Positions 1 through 29,514 of a stretch of 64,000 bases of DNA are shown here, in pieces (position 1 is the first letter of the stretch; every line of letters starts with the position of its first letter). The notes under the pieces were generated by a model, which was given only the letters and a program-made list of their open reading frames with translations, made no database searches and was not told where the DNA came from. Position numbers and translations under genes: made by a program. The DNA comes from Camelus ferus (Eukaryota): the NCBI RefSeq assembly GCF_009834535.1, contig NC_045713.1, forward strand, positions 7,130,001 to 7,194,000. Direction: 5' to 3'.

Positions 1-519
1 TAATCAACATCGCCTCATCCAGTGTCCCCTTCCTGTTCACAGTTTGTTGGAATGCAGTCTCCTAGATGCAGGTGGTGTATATAGGTCGTAGAGAATGTCC
101 ATTCCCGCTTCTTCCTTATAGGAGTATAAAAACAGACCCCCGAAGGTTAAAGTTACTTTCTCAAGGTCCACAGCTCCTGTGCTATGCTGACCTCTGGGTC
201 CTGTGGGGAGCAGAAGAGATATTTAAATGTCTCGATACCGTCCCCACACACAGCTGACAATCAGGGAGCTAGACGGCAGGTGGAGGACTCATCTGTTGGG
301 GCAGGGATTCCACCTACTGCTCTCACCTTTCTCCCCATAGCCGTGCCATGCTGCACCACCAGGATCCTGCCTGAGAGCAGATGGGAGAGAAGAGCCACAA
401 GCTCTAGCATGGAGTCACTCACATACGCACACTCTTAAAGCTGAGGGGCAGGGAGAGCTCAGACTTCAAAGGGTTCTTCTCCATGACCCCTGTCCATCCT
501 TGGGGCTTAAAGACAAGGG

Positions 520-3500
520 TCAAAGATCCTCTGGGTCATGCTTGGGATGCCCTGGTGTGTTAGTCATCTCCTCCTCCTCTACTTCTTCCTGATCTTGGTC
601 TTCCTTCCCTTCTGTCTTCTCTTGCCCATCTGTGTTCTCCTTTCCAGTCCAAGTTTCCTGAAGACACGCTAGGTTGGGTGATAGAACACAGTTTAGAAAA
701 GAGGGGGTGGGGGGGGTTGTGGCCTGGCAAGAAAGGGGCCAGCCCACACACTTACCAGTTTCAGTAGCTGGGAGCACATGACCTTCACAGAGAAAATGCT
801 GTAGGGGCTGCTCCTGATGGTGGAAATACCAGTCTTCCACGATGTCTTCAGACTCCTCCAGCATCATCTCACACTGGTGGAAGAGTCAGAAGAGTATCTG
901 CTCTGCTGGCCTTTGTAATCCCTCTTCTCTGTTCTTCACTCCCTGTCTCCCCACCCCACTTTGGAGAGGCAGGTAGCCAGGAGGTTAAACTTGGCTTATT
1001 AGATGTGTGATCCTCAGTTACTCAACATTTACTAGCACCTACTCTGCCAAGTAGATTATTAAACTCTGAGTCTCAGTTCCTTGTCTGTAAAATAGGAAAT
1101 AGTAATAGTACTTGCTACAACAGGTTGTTGAGAGGGTAAAATATTAATTATTACTCCTTGATATGCTCCTGGGCTCACTTCAATTGATGGCAGAGCCCTC
1201 ACTGCTCAAAGATGGACCTCCCTAGGATCTAGCTTCCCTCTCAGGTTCCCTTTTCACCTCCCTGGGCAATGTGCAGTATCCTATCCTACCTGCTTCTTGA
1301 GGAATGTGACCTCCACGCTGGGCTCGTCCCACAGCTCCAGAGGGATTCCCAGATCCACCTTCACTCCCTTCTCCACCAGGCCTTTCAGCACTGCCATGGT
1401 CTGACTCTGACCCTGAGAGATGGGAATTGGAGATCAGCCGAGCTCACTGCCCCACCTCCTCCCCATTTTTGTGTATCAGCCTTGTCAACAACTGGAGACC
1501 CTGGTAAGTTCCTTGGGGATGAGGACGAAGGAGTCTGCGATGGGGAGGGGACACTCCAGAACCAGGGGGAGACAGGTAGACATCTCAAGGACCCCAGGGA
1601 ATACAGGTTATCATTTCTGAGAAGTGGGATCCTGCCTGGGGGAAGAGTCTGACCTTGGCATATCTCAGTGAGCCCTTGCGCTCAGCATGAACACTGTAAT
1701 CCAGGATCCGCTCACATAAATTCTCCAAGGCTTCTTCCAGCCTTGTCTCTCTGTGGGAAAAGGGGAAACAAAGGCTCCCTGGATGCTCCTGGCACTTCTA
1801 GGGCTCCTTCAGGGATCGGAGGGTCGAGGAGCACCGAGAAGGACTCACGAAACGCTGTAAGGGATATGTCTCTTCCTTTTGCCTGTGTCCAGCACCTGTC
1901 CCAGCTCCAGCACCTCTCGAGATCGGCCAGTGCGACTCAGCTCTTCCTGTAGCTCCAGGCTCAGCAGTTTACATACTAGATGTCCAAGGGGACGTGAAAG
2001 ACAAACAAACATACCAGCAACTCATTCTGCAGATGAGCAAAGTCAGCAGAGCATGATGGTTACAGGTGCAGACTCTGGAGCCAGCCTGACTAGGTTGGAA
2101 TCCTGACTCGGCCACTGAGTGGTTGTGTGACAACCCTGCTGTGCCTTGGTTTCTTCACCTCTCAAATGAAAATAATACTAGTACCTCCCTCCTAGGGGTG
2201 TGGTGAGGATTAAATAAGTCTATGTAAAGCCCCTAGAATAGCGCCTGGCATGTAGTGAGTACTACATAAGCGTTTGCTGTTTTCTGAGTTCCTTCTGGAT
2301 GCACAATAGCAACACAGAGATCAGTAAGCCCCGAGATCCCATCCACAGGATGTTGCCAGTGTCGTTGGGGACAGATAGAAAGATGATGACAATATTGCAT
2401 AATGGACCCTACACTGGGGGTTAGACCAAGAGACAATCCCACTAGGAAATGCAAAATTCATTCAATAGTCATTCATTTTCCTCCTACTGGCCCCCAGTTT
2501 CCTTAAGAATGAGCACTGCATCTCTTCCACCGCTGTCTTTCCAGCATTTAGCACAAGATCTGGCATGTAGCAAGTCCCAAGAAAGGGAGTGGCCTAATAC
2601 AGAAGTGCCAAGCCAACTAAACACAGGGGCAAGTAACAAAAGTGCCTTAAAATGTTCCAGGGGCTATGCTAGGACCTGGGAGAACACAGGTACTCTCCTT
2701 CCCTCCCATGCAGTGGGAGGTGACAGATAAGGAAGGAGGCTTCCATAGGAGGTGACATTTAAACTGGGTCTTGAAGAACCACATTCAGAAGGGAGAGGCT
2801 CATTCCCAGCAAAGGAAAAAACAACAGGCAAAGGCACAGAGATGCAAGAGGATGAGGCCGGCTCCCTGACCGCTGAGTTCAGTGTGGCTGAACATGGGTA
2901 CTTTAGGGATGGGACGTGGGGTGTGGAGGCCATACAACAAAGATATTTGGATGCTATGCCAAAACCCCTTGGCTGTAGTCTAATCACAGCAGGAGGCCTT
3001 CAGAGGTGTTAAAGCAAGCACCGACACAATCGAGTTTGTATTTAGAAAAAGTGACTGGCGTAGGCTGGTAAGAGTGGGGACACAAATGAAAGGAGAGGAG
3101 AAATTAGGACCAAGTCATGAGGAACACTGATACTGAAATGCAGTGTGGAGTGAGGTAAAGGGGAAAAGAATCCAGGAAGAAATTAAATCCAAGAAGGCAA
3201 CAAACTAGGGAACCAGGGCACTCAGTGGCCCAGCTCTGAAGTGTCCTCCCCAAGTTGGGCCCCACAGGTGATGCAGCCACAGATGTTCCTCATTGTAAAA
3301 TCCATACAGTGCACACCCTCTGCAAAGCCTCACAATGGGGAACCTCTCCCAGTTGTGTGGCCTTCTCTTTCTTTTATGAGCTTCAAGGGCTGATTCATTC
3401 ACTCCCAAACCACCTCAGGAGGGCGTGGGGCCTATAATTTGGAAGCGTCTCTGCCAGGGTGGAGCAGAGATTGTCCAGAAGGTAATGAATCTCACACTCC

Positions 3501-3988
3501 GCTCCTGCAGCCTCCCAAGCTTTAGGTCTGGTGGCATGGAGGAAACACACACACACATCTGAAGATGCTCAGTAGAGTGGACGGTCCTGGCCAGTAGTCT
3601 CTGAACTACAATTCCCATAAGCCATTGGGGCCCAAACCAGCAAGAAAAAGCAGGCTCCCTCTGGATGTCTCATGGGAATTGTAGTGCGATAGTTTTGGGG
3701 TAGCAGTATGCGTTCCTTCCCTTGACCCCATTCGAATTCCACCAGGCTCCACCAGAACCTCCCTCAGGTCCTCGAGGAAGTCGAGTGACCCACCCATCAC
3801 GGTCCATTTGGTCTGGCCCAGACGAAGGAGGTGGGGCAGAGGGATGCGAATACGGGCTACTCCTTTTAGATACCTTCGCATTTGCTGGGCAAGCGTTCTG
3901 TGTCATCGTCTTCCTCCTTCGGCATCCCAGCCCAGGCACTGTACATAGTCAAAATGAAAAGCAGCATTCCCAACCGCACAGGTCCCAT
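520..3988 (-). CDS. CNPY4: Canopy FGF signaling regulator 4 (ER saposin-like protein), 6 coding exons, 242 aa
   Basis: Exons (minus): 3988-3874, 1975-1849, 1750-1654, 1412-1290, 873-756, 668-520; all GT-AG; total 729 nt. Translation [21 protein letters not shown] (signal peptide)...RLPSKCEVCKLL...[28 protein letters not shown]...[20 protein letters not shown]...acidic tail...HPKHDPEDL* matches CNPY4. Confidence 0.96.
980..1150 (+). mobile_element. MIR SINE fragment (CNPY4 intron 4)
   Basis: MIR core-like ctctgagtctcagttccttgtctgtaaaatagg...gttgttgagagggtaaa; boundaries approximate. Confidence 0.65.
2048..2280 (+). mobile_element. MIR SINE, well preserved (CNPY4 intron 1)
   Basis: gactctggagccag...tgtgccttggtttcttcacctctcaaatgaaaataata...gtgaggattaaataa...gcctggcatgtagtgagtact resembles MIR consensus. 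Confidence 0.8.
2640..3080 (-). mobile_element. L2 LINE fragment (CNPY4 intron 1)
   Basis: ggaaggaggcttccataggaggtgacatttaaactgggtcttgaag...cattcccagcaaaggaa...caaaggcacagag are typical L2 3' motifs; boundaries approximate. Confidence 0.6.
3605..3685. promoter_or_regulatory. Inverted pair of ZNF143/THAP11-type ACTACAATTCCCA motifs
   Basis: ACTACAATTCCCAT at 3605-3618 and its exact reverse complement ATGGGAATTGTAGT at 3672-3685. Confidence 0.75.
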
Positions 3989-4760
3989 AACCAAGTACCG
4001 TCCACCGCCAATCTTGCCCTCAGACCAATTTCGGGAAGGCAACGGGCCCTTTAAATACCAAAGCTACGTGCTGCAACTTTAATCCAGCCTGGCAAGAGAG
4101 GCGCAAGCGCAGTGCCGGCCCGAAAGAGGGCGGGGCCTCGCTGCGCTCCAGGCTTCCCCGCCTGGGTTTTGTGGCGCCTCCGGAAGGTCCTGGCCGCCGG
4201 GTAGTGAAGGAATAAACTGAAGTAATTACAGGAAGAAGTTTTGCTCCTTACAAGTAGGCACAGAGACAGGACTTTTATTATCATTTCAGGCCGTGAGCGT
4301 GGCGGGCTTATTCCTTCTCCGGGAAGGGGTAGTGACCTGCTCTCTGGCTCTGCCAGGACCTACTCCCGGAGGGGGCGGGGCCAAGATGGCGCCGAGCGCC
4401 GGGTGAGCGGCGCTTCGGCAGCGGTGAGAGGCTTTTCCTGCGCGGGGTGCTCGGCTGGCGGGGGCGGGTCCGAGTGGTACCCGGGACTAGACCCTTTGAA
4501 GGGCCTGTGTGGGGACCCGGAGGCGGACGGTTGGTTGTGTGTCCATGTGCCTGGGGACCTCTATGTGTGTTTGCATTGGAAGGATGTTGCGAGGATGAGG
4601 TGGGCTCTCTACGCCGCCTTTCGCGCTGTACCCGTTGCCTGGGGACCTTGGCCCGCTTCTCTGCTGAGGAAACCGCTACGCGTATCTAACTCTCTACGAA
4701 GCCTTCCTGCCGAACTCCACTGACCTGAGGTTTCCTGAGGCCGTAGCGTGTTTTATGAGC
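3850..4760. promoter_or_regulatory. CpG-island bidirectional promoter CNPY4/TAF6
   Basis: CpG-rich. CNPY4 ATG at 3988 faces away from TAF6. NRF1-like GCGCAAGCGC 4101-4110, GC boxes, ETS CCGGAAG near 4180, YY1 CAAGATGGCG 4382-4391, candidate TAF6 exon-1 donor GG|GTGAGC at 4402/4403. Confidence 0.8.
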
Positions 4761-5184
4761 CTTTACTGGCAGAGGGTACCGCGAGGTATTGAGAGATTAG
4801 TAGGAGTTCGCCAAGGAAGTGGGACACGACAGCCTCTTGTATACCCGGCTCCAGACATAGAGTATGTGTTAAATAAATGTGTTCCTTGCAGATAGGACTT
4901 ATAAAAGTGGGGAAGGAGACCTGGAATGGTTTGAGAACTAAATTCTCTTTCGCCCCCATCTTCCCGTCGCTCCAGCTGGCCCACACCCGCTCCCCCACCT
5001 ACACCCCGCAATCAGTCCAAAACACTTTTGACATTAGTTTTCCTATTGCCAGGTTCAAGCGAGCCATTTGCCTTTTGGCCACCAAGTAGATTCCAAGCTT
5101 GGGCGTGTACGTTGTTCATTTGATAATAGTGGTACCGTGTAGTTTTTGAGCACCTGCATCTCTAAGCCTTAACAATTCATTGGT

Positions 5185-7240
5185 TTATTCAACAGATGTT
5201 TATTGAGTGTCTGATATGTCTCAGGCACCAGTCTGGGGTCTCAGAATACATCAGTGAACATAAAGATCTCTGTCTACACAATGCGGAAAGGAGAGATGTG
5301 GTGGTGATAAACAGGAAGAAATAATATGTATTAGCAGGCGTTAAACTCCATGGGAATTTTAAAAAGCAGCGTAGGGGTGGAGATGAAGTATTAAGTAGGG
5401 TGATGGGACTAGGCAGCCAGGGGACATCTGGGGAAGAGCATTCCAGGCAGAAGGAACAGAGAGCAAAGGCCATAAAGCAAGAGCGTGCCTGGGAGGTTTG
5501 AACAGTAAAGAGGACAGTGGGTCTGTATTAAACTGGAAAGAAGGAAGGACGGGAGTTCAGAGAAGTGATGGGGAGAGAACAGATCACGGAGGACCTTGTC
5601 GACCATGATTAGGATTTTGGATTTTACTCTGTCTCACGTTGAGAGCCAGTACAGGGTTTTGAGCAGAGCAGTGACCCGATCTGATTTATATTTTGACAGA
5701 ATCACTCTGGCTGCTATGTTGGAACTAGACTTAGAGAGCAAGAATGGAAGCGAAGACCTTGCCAGGAGGCTATTCAAGTTCCCCAGGGGTTAGATGATGG
5801 TGAGCTGGCCAGGCAGTGGGAGTTGGGGGACCAGGTGGATCACTTGGTGGATTGGATGTGAGGCTCACACAAAGAACAAGTACCTGGATGAATGGTGTTG
5901 CTGTGAAGGTGAGGAAAGCCAAGGCTGAAGCAGGTGGGGAGGGGGAGAGCAGGAGTTCAGTTTTAAAACAGGAGACAGTCTGATCTACAAGTCTGGAGTT
6001 AGGAAGAAAGCTCTGGGCTGGGGCTATAAATTTGCCGTCAGCAGCCTAGAAGTGATACTGAAGGCTGTACGAGGGGTGGAGGTCACCACGGGACTAAGTA
6101 GAGCTCAGCTATACAAGGACAAAGCCCAGGACACTCCAACATTAAGCAGAAGAGAAAGAATCAGTAAAGGAAACAGAGGGAATGGCCAGTGAGGTAGGAG
6201 GAAAACCAAGAGAAGATGGGGTGATACTGGTGAAAAGACTGTTTTCCAGAAGTGAGTAGGCAACTCTGCTATGTGCTGCTGAGAGGTCAAGGACGATCTG
6301 GAGGGAGAGGGGACTTTGGATTTGACAATGTGCAATCATAGTGACCTTGATGAGTGGTTTTAGGGACCTAGTGGAATCAAAAGCCTGATTGGAGTAGGTT
6401 TAAGGGAAGAGGAGAGGAGAGGGATTAGAAACAGAGTTAAGACAACTCTTTCAGGGAGTTTTATTGTGAGGAGGAGCCAAAAAGGGTATCGTAGAGAAAG
6501 TCAAAATGANNNNNNNNNNNNNNNNNNNNNNNNNNNNNNNNNNNNNNNNNNNNNNNNNNNNNNNNNNNNNNNNNNNNNNNNNNNNNNNNNNNNNNNNNNN
6601 NNNNNNNNNNNNNNNNNNNNNNNNNNNNNNNNNNNNNNNNNNNNCTCTTTTCTTCTTGTAAAACGGAAACTCTGTACCCATTAAACCATAACTCCCTTTT
6701 CTCCCCTCCCCAGCTTCTGGCAACCACCATTCTAATTTCTGTCTCTATGAATTTGACTCCTCTAAGCATCTCATATGATTAGAATCATAGTGTTTATTCT
6801 TTGGTGACTGGCTTATTTCACTTAGCAGAGTGTTCTCCAGGTTTATTGGTGTTGTAGTGTGGATCAGCATTTCCTTCCTTCTTAAAGCTGAATGGTATTG
6901 CATTATATGGATGGACCTCTACTTTGTGTTTTTAAGATGGGCAAAGTTACTGCATTTTGTAGGCTGACAGGAATGATCTGGTAGGTGGGGGAATTGATGG
7001 TGATACAGGGAGATGGGAGACATGCTGGAGCAATGCTTGAGTTGGTGGGGGGTGTGACCAGAATCTCTCCAGGAACAGGTGGGAAGGCAGGGTACCTGGG
7101 CCCCTTTGCTGCTCAGCAGGTAGGCGTGGTGGTGGCAGCCTGGGGAGGTCTCCTCAGGTGCCAAAAATGAGGGAGGAGAAGTGTCAGATAGGACAGAGGG
7201 AACCTGAGTGCACTGAGGTGTATGACTGTCAGGCAGCATT
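5185..7240 (-). mobile_element. Long L2 (L2a-like) LINE in TAF6 intron 1, interrupted by an L1
   Basis: ttcaacagatgtttattgag..., gaagagcattccaggcagaaggaacag, gatctgatttatattttgacagaatcactctggctgct, gtcatagtgaccttgatgag; L2-like sequence appears to resume after about 6930. Confidence 0.75.
6510..6915 (-). mobile_element. L1 (L1MB-like) 3' fragment, partly within N-run 6510-6644
   Basis: ggcaaccaccattctaatttctgtctctatgaatttgact...gactggcttatttcacttagca...ttaaagctgaatggtatt is an L1M 3'-end signature in reverse. Confidence 0.8.
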
Positions 7241-7727
7241 AAGGGCTCCTCTGAAGTTCGAGGCCATGAATTTAAAGGGGGAATTGGTCATGATGGTTGT
7301 GTGTTTCCTCGTCATGTTCAACTGAACGGGCGTATAGACTCAGGGAGTTGTATTTAACCAATATTGCATTTTTGTCAAGCACGAATAATAAGGCAAGAAG
7401 AGGCAAGAGAGATGAAGGTTGGCACATTAACCTTAAGAAAAAAAACATTTTCACCTTTTAGAGAAGAAACCCAAAGCTGGGAGAGTTTAAGTGGCTTGCC
7501 CAGGTAACAGCTAGGTCGTGCTGGGGCTGGGATTTAAACAGAGAACTGAGATCATTCTACTCTACGTGACCTGTACGGTGCCTGGCATAGGATCAGTGTT
7601 GAATTGGATGGGAGTGCTGCCTCCTCCTGGTATGGCTGGTGCTGACTCACGTGGGGATGGACAGAGGACACCGCCGAGTCCCTTTCCCCCCATCTCCATT
7701 GTCCTCCCTTTGTCATGGCCTCCCTAA

Positions 7728-12163
<4,436 letters not shown>

Positions 12164-12286
12164 TGCTGTCGCCGCCTGCTGGCCTCTCCCCTGGATTCAC
12201 ATACGCGGGCATTCTGGGTGGAAGGAAGTAGTAGTCAGCTTCCCCCATGCTGCTTTCTCTTTAGACATTTTACAACCGTTCCTCAG

Positions 12287-12292
12287 AATAAA
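12287..12292 (+). terminator. TAF6 polyadenylation signal AATAAA
   Basis: AATAAA 124 nt after the TAF6 stop, followed by a T-rich stretch. Confidence 0.8.
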
Positions 12293-12503
12293 AGTTTGAT
12301 TTTTAAGTTGTATTCCATCTCAGTCCTTCCCAGGTCTGATACCACAGGAGGGTCAACCCCATCAAGCCCTCCTGGTCTCTAGGACTCTGGACTCTTCAAG
12401 CCAGATCCGCGGCCACAGGCTGTAAGTCTGGAGAAAAAAATTCTGTCCCCCTGATGCACAGACCACTGGCTCTGCCACTGCGTCGTGTCCTCCTTTGGGA
12501 GCC

Positions 12504-16207
<3,704 letters not shown>

Positions 16208-16647
16208 GGCCTTTCTGGAGAGTAGACCAGGCGACAGCAAAAGTTGGGCCTGCCCCGCCCTGCGGCCCCGGAACAAAAGGACGCGAGTGGGCTGGCCCTC
16301 TAAGAGCGACTCTCCTCGGACCGCGGGAAACCCGGCGCCCGCCCTGCCTTGTCCAGCCTTGCCCGCCCAGCCTTGTCCAGCCTTTCCCTCCCAACACCCG
16401 CGCCGCATCCGCGTCACTCAGCCTAGGTTCGCCCGGTGATTGGTTGAGGCTGGGGCCTGTGGCGAGTGGGAGGGGCAGAGGGCCTGCTCTCCGATTGGCC
16501 CGCACGCCACCGCGCTGGTCACGTGGGAGGCGACGTTTCGCGCCAATTTCGGTTGGTCGGCCGCAGTTCGCCGCGCGGGCGTACTTTGCTGCTCCGGCAG
16601 TGAGAGGTCTGAGCCTGCAAACTGCTGCCGCACTGCCCTCGGCAGCA
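16208..16647. promoter_or_regulatory. Bidirectional CpG promoter AP4M1/MCM7 with E2F, E-box and CCAAT sites
   Basis: The two ATGs are 440 nt apart, head to head. E2F TTTCGCGC 16536-16543 and GCGGGAAA 16323-16330, E-box CACGTG 16520-16525 (GTCACGTGG), inverted CCAAT (ATTGG) 16439-16443 and 16494-16498. Confidence 0.88.
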
Positions 16648-23754
<7,107 letters not shown>

Positions 23755-23892
23755 GTCCAGTCGTGGGAGGCACTGGAGTCTGCTCTGCACACCATGCCAG
23801 CCCCCCTTCCCTTAAAGGTCCAGTGATGCTCTTGAGGGGAAAGGAGGCTCCCCTCTTTCTCAAACTGCACTTGTTTTACCCATTCCTTTGCT

Positions 23893-23898
23893 AATAAA
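23893..23898 (+). terminator. MCM7 polyadenylation signal AATAAA
   Basis: AATAAA 139 nt after the stop, followed by the GT-rich gtgtttgt. Confidence 0.85.
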
Positions 23899-24039
23899 GT
23901 GTTTGTAGATTTGCTGCCTTCCATTGTTAAAACAGGCCATTTTGAGTTTCCTAGATTCATATCTTGTTCCCCTTATGCTTGTCTTATTCCGTCCACTCAA
24001 TTAACTGTACCTGTCAGGCACCATTACAGACAGTGGAGA

Positions 24040-24200
24040 CGCAGCAATGAGTGACAAGTCCCAGCGTGCAGACTGTTCACACTGGATCTCCACTCGTGTC
24101 TCCAGCCTCAAAGTAAGACACCAGTATCTCTGCCTCCTAGGGTGCAGGTGCCCTGGGGTTCAGGCACATACCTCACAGTGTAGTAAGCACTCAACGTGGT
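24040..24200 (+). mobile_element. MIR fragment between the MCM7 and COPS6 3' ends
   Basis: agtgacaagtccc...cctggggttcaggcacatacctcacagtgtagtaagcactcaac. Confidence 0.5.
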
Positions 24201-24336
24201 AACAGACACCTCCCCCTTGGCAATCAATACCCAGTGCCAATAGGATCAAGGCTTTAAGATCCAAGTTGAGAAGCCTGTGGGTACCTAACAGAGAGGACAG
24301 AGCCACTGAAAGGGGGTGCTGAGGGGCTGCTCCCCT

Positions 24337-24342
24337 TTTATT
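24337..24342 (-). terminator. COPS6 polyadenylation signal AATAAA
   Basis: TTTATT on the plus strand, about 85 nt beyond the COPS6 stop. Confidence 0.8.
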
Positions 24343-24427
24343 GACAGGTTGCTCCAAAGGGAGTGTAGCACCCTTCCCCTTGACAGCTGTCCTACCCCTG
24401 CACATCACCCCTTCAAGTACCCTCTGT

Positions 24428-27300
<2,873 letters not shown>

Positions 27301-27344
27301 GTAAGACTGCAGAGTTCCTAAGGCTGTGGCAGAATGAATGAAAC

Positions 27345-27640
27345 GTCATGTTGCTGCCCTCAGAATAAAACCCAAACTCCTAACCACACCACGGCCTGCA
27401 GGGCCCTGCATGACCCAGCCCCGCCTGCCCGCCGGCCCTGGCCTCTGCTTTCCTGCCCCTTCGTCCCCGTGCTTCAGCCACACCTCTGTGGCTGACGGGC
27501 CCTCACGTCTGTCTCTTTCACACCCGTCACTCATTCCTACTTAAGGGCCTTGTGTCGCCTTCATCACTGTAACCCTTGTGACCAAACACGGTGCCTGACA
27601 CATGGGTACCGAAATGAAATGATTTTTGAGTGAAGGAATG
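27345..27640 (+). mobile_element. L2 3' fragment
   Basis: ctcagaataaaacccaaactcct...cagggccctgcatgacccagcccc...acggtgcctgacacatgg...gagtgaaggaatg. Confidence 0.65.
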
Positions 27641-28639
27641 GTTTGCGGTGGAAGTTGGTTTTGAGTGGCTCCGTCCACACAGCCTATCTTGCCTCCTTCC
27701 GAACACTGTATTACCTACAGCACTAGGAACAACCCCAGCATTTTCTAACCTCCCCACCCCCACCCCACAACTAAACTCCCTCTACCCTCTCTAGCCATCA
27801 GTCTTTCAAGACCTAGCAAACCTAGCCCACTCTTGCCCTCTCCCCACTCCTCCACCCAAGCAGTTGTACCCACTGCCTTTACCCCGACTTGTTGCCCATA
27901 CGATTTGGCTGGCTCTTTAAGTGCCTGTGTGCACCGCACCCAAAGTGTTAGTTCCCAAAGAACAGGCAGGGACCTATACTTTGATCCTGTAGAGCCTACT
28001 CTGGGCCCAGAACTAGCAGGTCCCAGGAGGTATCTTCTGGTGATAATGGTGACATGTGAATTATGCAATCTCTCCATTTAGGAGCCTGGATGAAGGGAAG
28101 TTAAAGTGCCAGCAACTCTCAAAGGAAGGGACCTAATCCTGCAGAGAGGGAGGTCTTCTGGCCAAAAGAAGTTAAGAAAGATTTTTCTCTCATTCCAATC
28201 CCCAATGAGTGAAAAACCTCCCAGTCAACTGAGAGGGTTATGAAAGAACCTCACTTAGGAGAAAAATTAGATCAGAAGTACGTATCTCTTTTAAATAACA
28301 GGCAGCTTCCAAGGAGTATAATGCTTCTCAGCTAGATTGAAGGCTAAAAGAATTATTCTGCTCCTAAAACGGATAGTTTGCTTTGCTGTTTCACTCATTA
28401 AAGAATTCCTCTGTCTTTCTGTTGTTTCAAATGCTTTTGAAACATTGTTCAGATAATTATACAACTCATGAAACAGTGGTTACTGTGAAATTTAGATGAC
28501 TTTGAATCAGTTGTTTATACATGCTTTGGAAGTAAGCTCACTGAGCAGTTCCTAAAAGTGCATTGTATTTTAAAAAAAAAAAACTACAATCATAAATAAA
28601 TAAATAAAGTACAAAAAACTATCATCAGATTAAAAAACA

Positions 28640-28800
28640 AATTTCTTCTGTATAGCACAGGGAACTATATTCAATATCTTGTAATAACCTTTAAGGAAAA
28701 AGAATATGAAAATGAATATATGTAGGTATATGCATGACTGGGACATTGTGCTGTACACCAGAAATTGACACATTGTAAGTGACTGTACTTCAATGAAAAA
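28640..28800 (+). mobile_element. L1 3' terminus (artiodactyl/camelid-type) with A tail
   Basis: gtatagcacagggaactatattcaatatcttgtaataacc...gcatgactgggacattgtgctgtacaccagaaattgacacattgta...cttcaatgaaaaa. Confidence 0.85.
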
Positions 28801-28989
28801 AAGTTTTTCTCAAAAAAAGAAAAACAGCAACCACCACCATTAAAACCTCAAGCTGAAATGGTGTTAAAGCAGCTATCCCACTGTTTTTCACCCTTCCCAC
28901 AAAACTCAGCATCATGTATCATTTTGTTGTTTTGTTAACTTTTCCTTCCATAGGGTGGAGGTTACTGAGCTGGTGGGGAATAGAGCAGA

Positions 28990-29262
28990 GGGTCTGTTCA
29001 GAGAGTCTGCAAAGAAAAGATAGCGAGGTACAGCATGGGGGCTAGAGCTGACAATACCGTACTGCATATGTGAAAGCTAAGAGAGTACATCTTCAAACTT
29101 CTCATCACAAGAAAAAAAAGTAACTATGGATGGTGGTGGATGTAAACTAGACTTATTCTTGTGACCATTTTTGTACTATATACAAATATTGAATCATTAT
29201 ATTGTACAGCTGAAACTAATACAATGTTCTATATCAACTGTACCCCAATTTAAAAAGAAAAA
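28990..29262 (+). mobile_element. L1MA9-like 3' terminus
   Basis: tacagcatggggg...aaagctaagagagtacatcttcaaacttctcatcacaag...gtacagctgaaactaatacaatgttctatatcaac. Confidence 0.75.
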
Positions 29263-29267
29263 CGGAG

Positions 29268-29392
29268 GGGGAGGGTATAGCTGAGTGGTAGAGTACGTGT
29301 TTAGCTTGCACAAGGTCCTGGGTTCAATCCCCAGTACCTCCATTAAAATAAATAAATAATGCTAATTACCTCCCCTGCCAAAAAAAAAAAAA
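29268..29392 (+). mobile_element. tRNA-Ala-derived camelid SINE (Vic-1-like), in the L1 A tail
   Basis: GGGGAGGGTATAGCTGAGTGGTAGAG (A box)...GGTTCAATCCCCAGTACCTCCA (B box) + ttaaaataaataaataatgctaattacctcccc + poly-A. Confidence 0.88.
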
Positions 29393-29514
29393 GAGAAAGA
29401 AAAGATACTGAAGACTGAAATGCAGGCCTTCAGGAGACCAGCCCAGGCTGCTCACCGATTGCTTTGAGTGTGTGGTGTCGCTGAGAAAGTGCCTCTCTGA
29501 GGTCAGTGGTTATC

